NCBI GenBank assembly: GCA_951406725.2
Contig: OX597815.1
Location: forward strand, 46,686,001 to 46,750,000
Length of the DNA: 64,000 nucleotides
Source of the DNA: Octopus vulgaris
Lineage: Eukaryota
Reading direction: 5' to 3'
Each line of letters opens with the position of its first letter. Position 1 is the first letter of the stretch. Below the pieces are notes generated by a model. The model saw only the letters and a list, made by a program, of their open reading frames with translations, ran no database searches and was not told the DNA's origin. The position numbers and the translations under genes are program-made. Positions 38,463 through 51,591 of the stretch are shown one piece after another.

Positions 38463-39895
38463 AGAGCTATTACTTCTGTTGATAGCAAAAGATCTCTCTC
38501 TCTCTCTCTGAGTGAAATTGTATGATGCTTGTACATGAATGGTATTGCTATGTGGTAGCGAAAAGTGGGCCTTGAATGTAGAAGACATGCAAAGACTATA
38601 GAGAAATGAAATGTGCATTCTCTGCAGGCCATGCGATGTCAATGTGGAAGTATGACAAGGTGCATAAGAGCTGAAAGAAAAACTGAGCAAGAGAGGCATC
38701 AGTAGCAGTAAGAGAGAAGACTGTTAGTATTGCTATGTGATGTGTATGGATGAGGACAGAATGCCAATCACTCAATGATGATGAATCTTGTGGCAGAACA
38801 AGACCTGGAAAACTGACCTCAGGTTGTTATGTCTCCTGGGGTAAATGACAAAGGTCTAAGATGATTGGTGATTCACTGCATTCATGAAGACCTGTACACC
38901 TCAGTTAAAATGAGGTCATAAATGCATATTGTTAAAATATCAATGTCACCCACACTCAATCAGTACATGTCAAACCCTCTCCAAAATTCATCTTTGTAAC
39001 ACTTATCCTTCTTTCACACTTCTAACTACAGCACAATTTCCTCAGCAGCTGTAATTATACAAGAGTAGAACTGCACATATTTCATCCCTGCTTTTTTTTA
39101 TGTTGCCAGTTATTCTTCTACTTGCCACCACCCCATATTCTCAAAACACCATCCCTTACCACTTAATTTTCCACAGAAAACCCTATCCACTGTACACCCT
39201 CTCATATCTACCTTCGGCACCCCCCTCTTTTCCAACACCCACAATATTCAACCCGACATGCATCTCGTTTGTCACTTTGTACATCTTTTCCTCCACTTCA
39301 TATCATCTCCCTATTTCTCATCTATCAACAGTTTTACTACACTGTTGCTCTCCCCCTTTTACTGTATCGCCACCTATCACCTCCTCCTCCCTGACACACA
39401 CCTATTTTCTTTTACCTTTCCCTTGAGATCTACCCTTGATAACACCCCTGCCCATGTTCACTCTTTCCTCACCTCTACAGTTTATCATGCTCCTTTCACT
39501 TTATCTCTTTTGTACCATGAGGGTACACTATGATACCTTATTTCCAATACTCTTTCTCCCTTTCCTGCTGGAGTAGCCATGTATTTCCCCAACAGAAAGA
39601 CACCTGTTCCAGTCCTCTAACATAGGTTAGCCTTTCAACATCTGGCATACCTCCCTCAAAACTGTGCTGCCACTCAGTGAAGGGGTCTGGTCTTGTGTGT
39701 TACTTGATGACCTCATTAAGGCCAATGCCACAAACAAAAGCACTCAGCACAATCTGTAAAGTGGTTGACATTAGGAAAAAAACATCCAACTGTTGAAAAC
39801 ATGCCAATGCACAAGTATTGGATCCCAATACATTCCTTTAGGTCATCAGGTCCAGTCAAACTGTTCAACCCATGGAATACAACTGTTAAATGATT
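38463..39895 (+). mobile_element. Old RTE-clade LINE fossil (decayed ORF about 38463-38890, long pyrimidine-rich 3' region, 3' tail about 39720-39895)
   Basis: VKLYDACT*MVLLCGSEKWALNVEDMQRL*RNEMCILC…ELKEKL resembles RTE LY..CVR..MLYGSETW…RL…EM..LRW. The tail GTGGTTGACATTAGGAA…CATCCAAC is shared with the 2020-2465 element. Confidence 0.7.
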
Positions 39896-40137
39896 AATAA
39901 GTATGTATGTATGTATGTATGTGTGCATATGCATATATATGTAAAGGTAAGATCCAAAGATCAAGGTGTAGGAAATTAGTAAGCTTCGATCAGTCCATAG
40001 AAGGTACAAAAAACAACTTTTAGAAACAACATTTATTGACACAGAAGGTTGTAAATTTTTCCCGTCAAAGTTTGATAAGCAGAAAAAAATTATTTTATAG
40101 TTCATTGTTAGCAACTGGGGTTGCTGTGTATGCGAAT

Positions 40138-40435
40138 GGAGACGCAATGGCCCAGTGGTTAGGGCAGCAAAATCGCGGTTATAGGATTGCAGTTTCAATT
40201 ACCAGACCGGGTGTTGTGAGTGTTTATTGAGCAAAAACACCCAAAGCTCCACGAGGCTCTGGCAGGGAGTGGTGGCAATCCCTGCTGTACTCTTTCGCCA
40301 CAACTTTCTCTCACTCCTTCTGTTGGCCTGCTCGCTTAGCCACCAGGGTGGCATCATTTGAAGGCTAAAACAATGCGAAGCGCATTGTGACCAGCGACAT
40401 GTAGCAACATCTGATAACCTGGTCAGTCACGGTGA
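40138..40435 (+). mobile_element. SINE family C, tail type 2
   Basis: Colinear with 63031-63340. Confidence 0.8.
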
Positions 40436-41186
40436 TATATATGTATACACACACACAATCAGTGTTGTCTAATCTTCGGTGAAAATAGGTGAGGGATAGA
40501 GATAGTAAACAATCTACCTCAACAAATTCCATCTAGCTCCACTCATGAAAGGATGGGAAAGCGAACATTGAGACTATGGTGGTGATGTTGACAGTATGTA
40601 TGTATTATGGGTGTGTGATGTGTACATGTACCTTTATGCATTTGACAACACTATTGGTTACAAGTTGGATGGTGTATCAACAACAGCGACTAAGAAACAT
40701 AAGTTACTCACATGTGTACCCCAAAAGAATCCTCAGACAAAATCACCATGACAATATTGTGAAATAAGGCTGACACTTTAAATTATAGATAGTGTCTGTA
40801 AATTATGGAAGTCCTTTCTTTACATAGGGATTCCATAGGTTTGGCTATCCAATTACACCTTCATGGCTTAGGTCACCTCAAGACATGTATGGTAAAAGAC
40901 TTGGACACACACATTTTCAAGATGCATATAATTTTACAATATATATATATGTTGCAGCACTTACCTATCGTACCTAGTCGTTTGGCTCACCTGTAGACTA
41001 AACCCCCATACTGTGTACGTATATATATACACACACACACACACACAGACATATGGACATACATGTCTGTAAAATTACATAACAGCAAGCTACATTCATG
41101 TGTATGTATAAACACATACTTTACATACACACACACTATATATATATATATATATATACACATATTACACGATACACACACACACA

Positions 41187-41231
<45 letters not shown>

Positions 41232-41868
41232 TACATATTACACGATACACACATATGTACACATAAATACACATATGTACATATAAACACACAACAATAC
41301 ATGTACACATATGCATGCATATACACACACACACACACACACGGGTAGTCGTTAAATGATATACATACACATACACCCACACGCACATTCATTGCCTTCG
41401 AAGCGCATACATCTATGTGCGTCTCTATACATATACATATATCGTGCAGTGACAACCCTATGACAAAACCAATTTCAAATCATCCAGTGTATCTGCGTAC
41501 ATACATTTTCAGCGTATATCTTGTAAGCTTAGTCACAACTTTACCACACAGAACTTCCGTTAGCACACACCACCAACGAACGGACCGATATGGAAACGAG
41601 CAGAGTCGGCTTTTATTAGCCATAGTATTCCCCCTGAAGTAGCTCTAGCCTGCTTCTGCAGTCTACAGTACGAATTCAAGCAAGACAACCTTCTAAACTA
41701 GCCCAAAGCAATTTAATTGTTTCGGGGCATGTCCCCTTGGTTTAACTACACCATGTTTACGTAATATGAATGCCTGTTTTATTTATTAAACGTACGACCG
41801 TGGACGCATCAGTGCAGGCGTGTGTCGAGTATTTAAACAACTGTATTTGTGCACACACATAATATATA

Positions 41869-41909
<41 letters not shown>

Positions 41910-42412
41910 CTTTCGAACACACATAATACTTTGTATATGAATAAAAGTATACATACAAATATATACATATATGCATGCAGACAAACATATACAGGCATAC
42001 GCATAAGTGTAAACATAAATAGAAACAAGTATACATAATTCGAAAATTACATTATTAAAACTTCATAAATTCTGCCGGTCAAAAGAGAGAGAGTGTGTGT
42101 GTGTGTGTGTGTGTGAGGTGTTACAAGTGCATATATGTTTATGCATTTGTGTATGTATGTATGTATATGTGTACGTTTGTAATAAGCCCCTATGCGAACA
42201 AACCATATTATTCTGATATCGCCACAACAGACAGGAACACTCCTACGCAAGAAAAAAAATACGGAAAACTGATTTAAAGACCAAAAAAAATCTAAGTAAT
42301 ATTTGGGGGGGAGGAAAAAATCCATCTAAGACAAGCCACTCCCATTCTTTCAATTTGAAAGATTTTTAAAACAGAGCTTTTAACGCAGTAAATAGTTTTT
42401 CATCGGAACATG

Positions 42413-42413
<1 letters not shown>

Positions 42414-42448
<35 letters not shown>

Positions 42449-43068
42449 ATCTTTACATACATATATATACATACATATATACATACATATACATACATAC
42501 ATATACATACATACATACACATACATACATACACATACATACATACACATATATACATACATATATATACATACATACATATACATACATACATACATAT
42601 ACATACATACATATACATACATACATATACATACATACACATACATACATACATATACATACATACATATACATACATACATATACATACATACATACAT
42701 ATACATACATACATACATATACATACATACATATACATACATACATATACATACATACATACATATACATACATATATATACATATATATATACATACAT
42801 ACATACATATACATACATACATATATATACATACATACATACATATATACATACATATACATACATACATATATACATACATATACATACATACATACAT
42901 ATACATACATACATACATATATATACATACATACATATACATACATACACATACATATACATACATACATATACATATACATATACATACATACATATAC
43001 ATACATACATATACATACATACATATACATACATACATACATATACATACATATATATATATATATAT
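42414..43068. repeat. Compound (TACA/TA)n microsatellite, about 650 bp
   Basis: Direct inspection; source of several spurious ORFs. Confidence 0.95.
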
Positions 43069-43824
43069 CAGTGGAGGCAATGCCGGTGTAAGCAAAACTG
43101 ATTGTTATCGGCTAAAATTGCTGAGGATTCCGCATTTCAGCTTAATACATATTATGTATAACCATATCTACCAAGCTATCCATCCACCGATCCATTTATC
43201 TAACCATCCATCTTTTAAACGCATCAATCCATCTATCTATCATCCAGTTATTCTTTCTTTCAATCGATCTTCCCATTCTTCTTATATATATATATGTATA
43301 TATATATTTGTCCGCCTACTTTATTCATTCTCTCGAACCATCCATCCATTCATTCATCTATCCATCAAAATCTTAATTTTGGTGCATCTATCTGTTTTCT
43401 AAGCCCATCCATTCATCTACTTACACACCGTGATATTTATGAGTATTTTTGTTTATTATGTTAACCTCACCAAAATAGAAGACTACAAGAAACTACCCAG
43501 GTTCAATTGAGAAAAAAAAAAAGTGATGAGTCGAGTACAGACAGCTAACATTCAAAATGTTTAGCCCCAGGTCAGCTATGATTGAGAATGCCAGAGTGTC
43601 TTGGAGAATAACTAAACTATGCAGAGTATTACAATTGTTTTGTTTTTTTTAATTTACAGAACAAAAACTATCATAAGGTGCAGGCGTGGCTGTATGGTAA
43701 GAAGCTTGCTTCCCAACCATATGTTTCAGGATTCGGTCTTACTGCGTGACACTTTGAGCACTATAAGTTCGGTCCGACCAAAGCCTTGAGTGAATTTGGT
43801 AGACGGAAATTGAAAGAAGCCTGA

Positions 43825-43874
<50 letters not shown>

Positions 43875-44099
43875 TGTTATGTGTGTGTATGTCTTCGCCC
43901 CCCCACCACCGCTTGGAAACCAGTGTTGGTGTGTTCAAGTTACCGTAACTTAGCGGTTCGGCAAAAAGAGACTATGCTTAACCAAAAAAAAAAAAAAAAG
44001 TACTGAGGTTGATACATTCGACTGAAAGTTCTCCAAGACAGCACCCACGCATGGCTGCAGTCTAATGACTGAAATAAAGATAGATAAATGTATGGATAG

Positions 44100-44412
44100 C
44101 CAACAGAATTGGAAAACTGACGACAAATATTCCACCCACAAATTGGAAAGTTAGTGACAATTGCCAGCCAATGGAATTAATAAGCTAGTGGTACAAGTTA
44201 ACACCCATCGGAATTGCTAAGCTAGTAGAAATTGATCCGTCATCAGAAGTGGAATCACCAGACCAGAATTGGCAGGCAAGTGGTAACAAACAGCAATCAG
44301 AATTGTCAAAACAGTGATAACTATATATACCATGAAAACTGGTAAGCTAATGGTGATAGCTCCCGGAATTGGTAAGCTAATAATATCGGCAATCAGAATT
44401 AGCAGGCTAGAA
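44100..44412. repeat. Highly diverged minisatellite, about 10 units mostly of 30-37 bp
   Basis: Recurring motif (C)RGAATTGGYAAGCTAGTGRTA at about 44104, 44139, 44172, 44209, 44244, 44264, 44298, 44334, 44364, 44394. Confidence 0.65.
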
Positions 44413-44814
44413 TCGGTGATGAAAAAAGGACATCTGAAAATATCAAGCGTTTTCTCTAAAATGCAAAGATTTTCCCGTTGACATTTACTATCGCATCACA
44501 CCATCCTTGTCTCTATAAACCCTAAAGAAACTTGAAATATTGACGAAAAATACTTGAAAGATATCAGTTTCGCGTTTCCGCTTTCAACAGAGACTGATTA
44601 GATTATTATACTGCGGAGTTGATCGAGTGCTTCCTGTGTTTGAACTAAAAAGGTCTATATAAGTGTGTGTGTTGTTGTCATAAAAATTTGATAAACTTCT
44701 TTGAAATCACATACCACTATAAAGAATAGTATGCAAATATTGGGCTTAAAGAACCCTTCTGAATAGCAGAAACCGGGGCTGCCCATGCTGTATGAAATGT
44801 GCTTCGAGAACCAC

Positions 44815-44889
<75 letters not shown>

Positions 44890-44891
<2 letters not shown>

Positions 44892-45010
44892 TAGTTAATC
44901 CAAACATGAAAACACAACAACGAGAGGACGTGGAACAAGTATAGTGTTATTGGACGCTCAGGGAAGGAAAGAAAGGAAGATTTAACGTTTCGAGCGGAGC
45001 TCTTCGTCAA
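44890..45010 (-). mobile_element. Second H1 copy, 5'-truncated at the hammerhead core
   Basis: Minus strand reads (U)UGACGA-A-GAGC(UCC)GCUC-GAAAC-GUU-AAAU, followed by the same downstream sequence as 28408-28762; abuts a long (TA)n. Confidence 0.6.
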
Positions 45011-45346
45011 GGAATAATGGAGATGATGTCAGCAATGAGATAGGGTTTCCTATCATTTGTCAAAATCTGGTGAGCAAGATGTAGGCAATTATATCGACCA
45101 TAGAGAGATGATTGATTGACAAATTGAAGTCGTTGGACTTTGAACTGAGGTGAAGTACCAGTAGGCAATTTATCCACCACTTTCAACGACTGCGCTATTA
45201 TACCACTCAGTAATAATAATGGTTTCAAGTTTTACCACAAGTGCAGCAATTTCGAGGGCGGGGATAGGTAGTGTCTCCAAGAGCCTAAAGCCCAACACAC
45301 ATGTGAATGTATAAACACACACACAAATTCATTTCATGAAAGTTAA

Positions 45347-45520
45347 CACTTTAACGAGCTATATCTGGACAAAAATATTATATTATTATACGTTCAAGCT
45401 GACCAGATCCGGCCTCATACACCTAACTTACAATGTCAGTCTAAACTATTGCAAGATTAATTCAAAACAACGTGAATAAATAAGCATTACATTTGACAGA
45501 ATAATCTGAATGCAAAAGAG
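45347..45520. mobile_element. Degenerate piggyBac-type MITE
   Basis: TTAA|CACTTT…GAATGCAAAAGAG|TTAA; TIRs decayed. Confidence 0.4.
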
Positions 45521-46736
45521 TTAAACTCGGTTTCACTAAGTTTCGTGGTCTATTCAATCGTGTGTGTGTGTGTGTGTGTAACACGTTGCTTCAGAACAGC
45601 TTCGACGATAAAATACACGAGACAGTCTTACATTTTGGGCTCCAATTCGTGTAAAGTAGTCCTTGAGATTAAACATGTGATTAGTCCACAACGGAACAAC
45701 ATACATGTACAGGGTAAGGAAAACGAGAAGTTGTGATATTCAAGGCCTTCCTAAGGATTTGAATAAAGATTTTTGGGTTTTTTTTTAATAAATTTCTTCC
45801 AGAGAAGTTGAAACAAAAGAATTAGGAGTTGATGCATTTCGAAAAGGAACAAACGAAAGAGGATAACCTGCTTTTTTTCATATGAAAATAGCAGCGAAGT
45901 GCTGGAATCGAGTCCTTAAAGTAATACAGGTTTAGCAAAAGGGAACCTTTAATCACGTGTACATAACTCTCCCAATAATAAACATTGCTGACACAAACGA
46001 AAGGGAGTAGTTGAAACTGAATTACAAGACTTGTTCTCCATACCACGAAACTGACCAATAATTTTCTCGTAACTATTTTCAGCCTTTGGATTACAGCCAT
46101 CCCGGTCACTGCCTTGGAGGGTTTACTCCAATGGTTCTCAACCGAGGTCCATATGGCCCTTGGTAGTCCACATAAAATTTTATTGTTAGAGTTTATGTGC
46201 AATACAAATTATTCTAACAATATTTTTTAATACAAATTCCAAATAATATTTAATAGCAAAATTACAAAAGAATATAATCATGTAGGTAATTGGCATGGCT
46301 ATGTGGTAAGAAGTTTAGTTCCTATTTACACGGTTCTGGGTTCAGTCCCACAGCGGTGGCATCCGAGGTCTTCTACAATAGCCCTAGTTCCAACAAAACC
46401 TTGTGATTAAATCTGGTAGACGGAAGGAAAGAAGCCCGTCTAGTGCGCACACACACATTCACACACAAGCAACAAAAAGCATATAACAAATAGTGAGTGA
46501 GGGATTATCAATCCAGGCAAAATACTTCATAGGCTCTCTATTGGCACAGCAGGCTAACAATATTACTTAGCATGGTGAAGAACACCAGGTAATCTGTTGG
46601 TAGGGTCCAAGGTTAGGGTTCATCACAATTCTATATTGTAAATCCGTGGATAGTCCAGATAATCTAGTTTTTAATGGCCATTATTTTTTTACTTATTTCT
46701 TCTATAATATATATAACAAAGAAAGATAAATTTTAA

Positions 46737-46774
46737 TCACACCCCTCCAATATCCGGATATTGGAGGGGTGTGA
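46737..46774. repeat. Perfect 38-bp spacer-less palindrome
   Basis: TCACACCCCTCCAATATCC|GGATATTGGAGGGGTGTGA. Confidence 0.95.
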
Positions 46775-46839
46775 GTTTGATCCTAATGTCTGGCTGCCGA
46801 CAAATTTTTCTGCTTTTAAAAGAAGAAAAAGATTTTATC

Positions 46840-46873
<34 letters not shown>

Positions 46874-47954
46874 TGTTCAGTATCTACGCGTTGATTAAAA
46901 TTTATCTTCTATTTATATTCTACAATACAATACATTTCAACGCTTCGAAAAACTAACTTGTTTGTTTGTTTATATATATATATATATACATACATATATA
47001 TCACACACACAGAAACAGACAGATGTATATCTATATATGTGTATGTGTGTCTTTGTTCCCCCTACCCAGCTTCACAATCGAGGTAAGTTTACGTCCTGGT
47101 ATCTTAGCAGTTCTGCAAAAAGTGACACGCAGAAGTACCAGAGGTTAAAGAAGAAAAAAAAGTACTAGGGTCAATTCGTTCGACTTAAGAAAAACATCTG
47201 AAGGCGGTGCCAGAGAATGACCGCAGTCCAATAACTGAAACAAGTGAAAGATAAAAAAAGATAAGCATGCATTTTCTTCCTAAAAATTATACAAATGTCA
47301 TTGTGACTCATTTTTTGGGGTGGTGGGGGAGCCATATGGTTAGCTCAACTGGTGCACCACTGCATTAAGCCAGACTCAAGTTCATGGGTAACACAATCTT
47401 ATTTTCCATCGACCCGTCAGGCATAATATAAATAAATAGATAAATAAATAAAAATCGATCGACCTCGGCGGCACTTGAACTCATAATGCAGACAGATGAA
47501 GCTAATTACTATTGAGCATATATCTAATCTGGTGCGCTAGTGTTTCTACCAAAATCAATGAACAATAATCTTGCCCCATTGGTACGGTGGACGGTGTACA
47601 ACCGGTAGAGAGTCGGGCGATAAAAAAAAAATCATAAAAAGCTTGATGGTAGTTTAGTGTTTTTTTGCTCTGATTTCAAATGCCAACGGTTCTGATTTTA
47701 TTTTTCCTCCTTCTGGGATTGATAAAATAAGTACCAATCAAAGCACTTCGATATATCGGCTACAATCCCCTTTTCCTAAATATGGCCTCGTTGTGCCAGA
47801 GCGTTACCAACATCCTGGTCGAACAGACTATGATTACAACATTCTAAATGTGACCACCCATCCTATTTTTATTCACCTAGTACGTCTAGAAGATACATTG
47901 TCTACTCTATCATTTTGCCTCTTAAAACAAAAATAAATAAATAAATCTAGGGAT

Positions 47955-48345
47955 AGGCGCAGGAGTTACTGTGTGTTTAAGAAGGTTGCTTTCCAACCAT
48001 GTGGTCTTGAGTTCAGTCCTACAGTGCAGTGCCTTGGGCAAATGTCTTCTACTATAGATCCGGGTCAACCAAAGCCTCGTGAGTGGATTTGGATAACGGA
48101 AACTAAAGAAGCCCGCCGTGTGTGGGCAAGGGTGTATATATAAAATTTGTGTCATTGTCCTCCTTCGCCGCTTGACAATTGGTGGTGACTTGTTTTCGTC
48201 CCCGTAACTGAGAAGTTCGGCAAACGGATTCGATAGAATAAGTACCAGGCTTAAAAAATAAGTACTAGGGTAAATTTATTCAACTAAACTCTTCAAGGCG
48301 GTGCCCCAGTATGGCAACAACCCAATGACTAAAACCAGTAAAAAA
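47955..48345 (+). mobile_element. SINE family A copy
   Basis: Head GGCGCAGGAGT…GTGTG through tail CCCCAGTATGGC. Confidence 0.75.
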
Positions 48346-49594
48346 AAAATGATTTCATTTGAAGGAAATTTGGTTGCTATGTCTAGCAGATTGAGCAACT
48401 ATACTAAGGCTTCTTTTTACTGACAGTCGAGTAATTATTACTATAATAAATAGCATATAATTTAATGGGGACTAATAAACAGCGTAAGTACTTATTTATC
48501 GATCTTTCAGAGGTGAGGGGACGACAGGGAACTTGAGAAGTGAAAAGTTGTTAGATAAGAGCAGGAATGTAGTTTCGGGTTCAGTCCCGCTACGCGGAAT
48601 CTTGTGTACGTACCTTCCTGGGTGAATTATATATTGGTTTCACATTTTCTGCACAAGGCCAGCAATTGTGAGGGAAAGGATAAGTCGATTACATCGACCC
48701 CAGTGTTCAACTGGTACTTATTTCATCGGACCCGAAAGGATGAAAGGCAAAGTCGACCTCGGCAGAATTTGAATTCACAATGTGAGGACAGACTGCGAAA
48801 CGCCAACATGTATGTATGATGTGCGTGTCTGCGCACGCTTTGTAAACGGTGCTGGTTTGTCTACGTCTCCGTGACTAAGCTGATAGAGTAAGCATTAGAC
48901 AAAGTAAGCAGCTGAGGCGATTTGATCGACTAAACTGAAGGCTGTGCCCCACTATGGCCGCAGACCAATGGCTGAAATAGTAGAGTGAGTCAGCGCATTT
49001 TTATCGAGACTGACATGGGGTTAAAATAACGACAACTCGTATATCAAATCAACGAGGAAGTTCTAAATGGTCAATGGATTTGCTAAAAGTAGCAGCCGAT
49101 TATCTCTAAAACAAAAAAAAAATAGACGCAAAGTCACATTTTGTATAATGTATCTTTGCTACTGTCTTGAAAATATGACCCCTTTTTGATGCATAGCCTA
49201 ATCTGTGATTAAAACAACAACAACAGTAACAGTCTTCACATTAAAATTCTCTTAAGAAAACATCCTTACAGGAAACCAACTTCATTGCCCTTAAGCGTTT
49301 ACATTAAAGGACAGATCTGGTGTTTATTGGTCCTATAAAATCCTTATGTATGAGACAGTCGAAAATAGGAGTGACATGACAAGGTGTTGAAACATGAAAA
49401 TTATCAAAGTTAGGAACTTTTAATAGAAGCCGGTTCGTCGAGCCATCGTGATGCAAACGTTGTACGGGTACCCTATTTAAAGTCATTAAACATGTATGAC
49501 ACATTTTGAGTAAATGGAGTTATATAATCACACACACATTTATTTATTTATACCCCCTATTCGTCTGTGCTGTCTAACTCATTTTCATTTTGTA

Positions 49595-49648
<54 letters not shown>

Positions 49649-49927
49649 AAGTGAAGTAACTTTTTGTTTAATATTTTCTCAAGATATTTCCTTGTAAGCT
49701 GTTTTTAACATTTTCTTATTATTATCAAAGAATGTATATATATATACATATATATTTTAATACTTTTGTGACAACCAGTACTTAACACAACAAAGCTTTA
49801 CACTTTAATTTTGACAATCTTTTTCTACAAAAGTGAAACTGGTCAAGTGAATAAACATCTTTAAAATTGCATTTTCAAACCTTCGTTCCTATATATATAT
49901 ATATGTATGTATGTATGTGTGTGTATA

Positions 49928-49983
<56 letters not shown>

Positions 49984-50021
49984 ACTCTTTGTCTTTATAA
50001 ATTCCAATTAATACATATATG

Positions 50022-50098
50022 TACACAGTGGACCAAGAGTCATGCACCCAAACATTGCCATTCTATTTAATGTGCAACTAACTTTTGGTCCACCTGTA
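50022..50098. mobile_element. Tiny Tc1-like MITE remnant
   Basis: TACACAGTGGACCAAGAGT…ACTTTTGGTCCACCTGTA imperfect inverted ends. Confidence 0.4.
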
Positions 50099-50462
50099 TG
50101 TATATGTCGCATGCTTACACACGCACACATCTGGTACGTTATCGAGCTTCCACTTAGTTAAAAAAATCTAAGTCGACTCTTGATAAGATTTGAACTCAGA
50201 ATGTACGTAACACGAATAGTACTTAGCGCTTTACTATTTCTGCCACTATGCAACACAACATTCCATCCGGCCTTGAGTATTACTCAGTACATACAATAAT
50301 AGCCATAGATAAGAGGTATAGGGTAGGACGAAATATGGAAGTAAATATAGGGTAAAAAAAAGAATGAAAGAAATGAAATATAGAGTGTAAAGAGAAAAAA
50401 AATTAATAAATATTTTTGAAAAGAAAAATTGCAACGATTTGTTTTGGGTTTGATGGACTTAC

Positions 50463-51591
50463 CTGCGACTGAGAGTAGAGTTAATAGACCAAGGAGCAGC
50501 AGTAGAAGGCGCTGGGGTTGCCAGGCAACCGTTTGCCGACATGAGGCGATGGTGGTGGTGAGAGAGGAGGACAGATTTGCGGACAAACTGGCAAATAGAA
50601 GAGGCTTGGTCAACAGTAGCGAACACAACGCTGACAGCACTGACGACAACGACGACGACGATGATGATTGAGATGACAACCCAGGAAAGAAAGTTGTTGC
50701 TGTCGTCGTTAGTGGTGATGATGGTGATGATGATGATGATGACGCCAGTGAAATATTTTCGGTACATTTTTTTTTATCTTCCAACGCTGGAGAGTTAGAA
50801 AAGGTTTTGTTATTGATTGTTGTTGTTGTTGCAGCTGTTATCGTCGTCGTCGTCGCAAGATCCGATACACCAGGACAGCGATTGTTTTTACAGCGTGTTG
50901 CAGGGAAGAAAGTGTTAGAAGACGTCGACGAGTTTTTGTCCGGCTCCGACACAAAATGTGGCGATAGTGGTAATGATTTTAATGAAAGTGTTGATAATGA
51001 TGATCGTGGTGGTGATGATGTATGCAATAGCAATCCTCCTCCATCTATGGTTCGCATCTCCTTGGAGACGCCGCTGAACTGTGACGCATCAGCAGGGACA
51101 GAACAGCCAGCGGGAGCTTTCCCAGAGTCATTGGAGTAAGAAGGGCAGCAACAACAGTACTGTACGGTGCTGGATTCACAGTTGGAGGTAAAACCTCGAA
51201 AGGAAAGGAGTGACGCCGTTGGTTTTACAGTAGGGCGTCGCTCGCTCTTTAAGTTTGCAGATATCACAGTCGGTGAGATGTGGTGGAACTTTGACGATTG
51301 TGTTGTTGGTGAACATTTTACTACGGTTGTCTGTCCGCTGTCGGTAAAAGACAGGGACTCGGCCAGCAAGTCCTTGGAAACCGGTGTGATGGCCGACGAC
51401 TGATTGTTCATTAACTGATGTCCAGAAGGAAAAGACTGAGCTCTGATAGGAGCCACGCTGGTCATCACCGGCATAATAAGATCGACTGTTCTTTCTGTGT
51501 AGGCCATCGGAGGAGCGACCGAAAGCATTGTTCTGTTGCGAATATTTCGCAATTGGTGACAGTAGTGATGACTACAGGAGCACCCCTCCAT
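50463..51591 (-). CDS. First coding part of a spliced host gene: about 376 aa Ser/Thr/Pro-rich N-terminal region ending in a hydrophobic signal-peptide/signal-anchor-like segment (QPQRLLLLLLGLLTLLSVA-G); probable secreted or membrane protein, family not identifiable
   Basis: Only long, non-microsatellite ORF in the window. First in-frame ATG is at 51591 (GGAATGG context), with an in-frame TAG just upstream (about 51691). Protein-like sequence stops at a consensus donor GCAG|GTAAGT (intron begins 50462, phase 1); the ORF-track extension past it (KSIKPKTNRCNFSF...) is AT-rich intron read-through. Confidence 0.75.

Noticed and set aside
42400-43402. Long ORFs of 199-330 aa (YIHT/MYVC repeats)
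   Set aside because: Translations of a (TACA)n microsatellite that lacks stops in several frames on both strands.
44100-44412. CRISPR-like repeat/spacer appearance
   Set aside because: Repeats are far too degenerate, linkers too short, there are no cas genes, and the context is eukaryotic.
50284-50462. C-terminal hydrophobic extension of the 461-aa ORF (apparent TM segments)
   Set aside because: Lies beyond a consensus GTAAGT donor; the T-rich composition indicates intron read-through.
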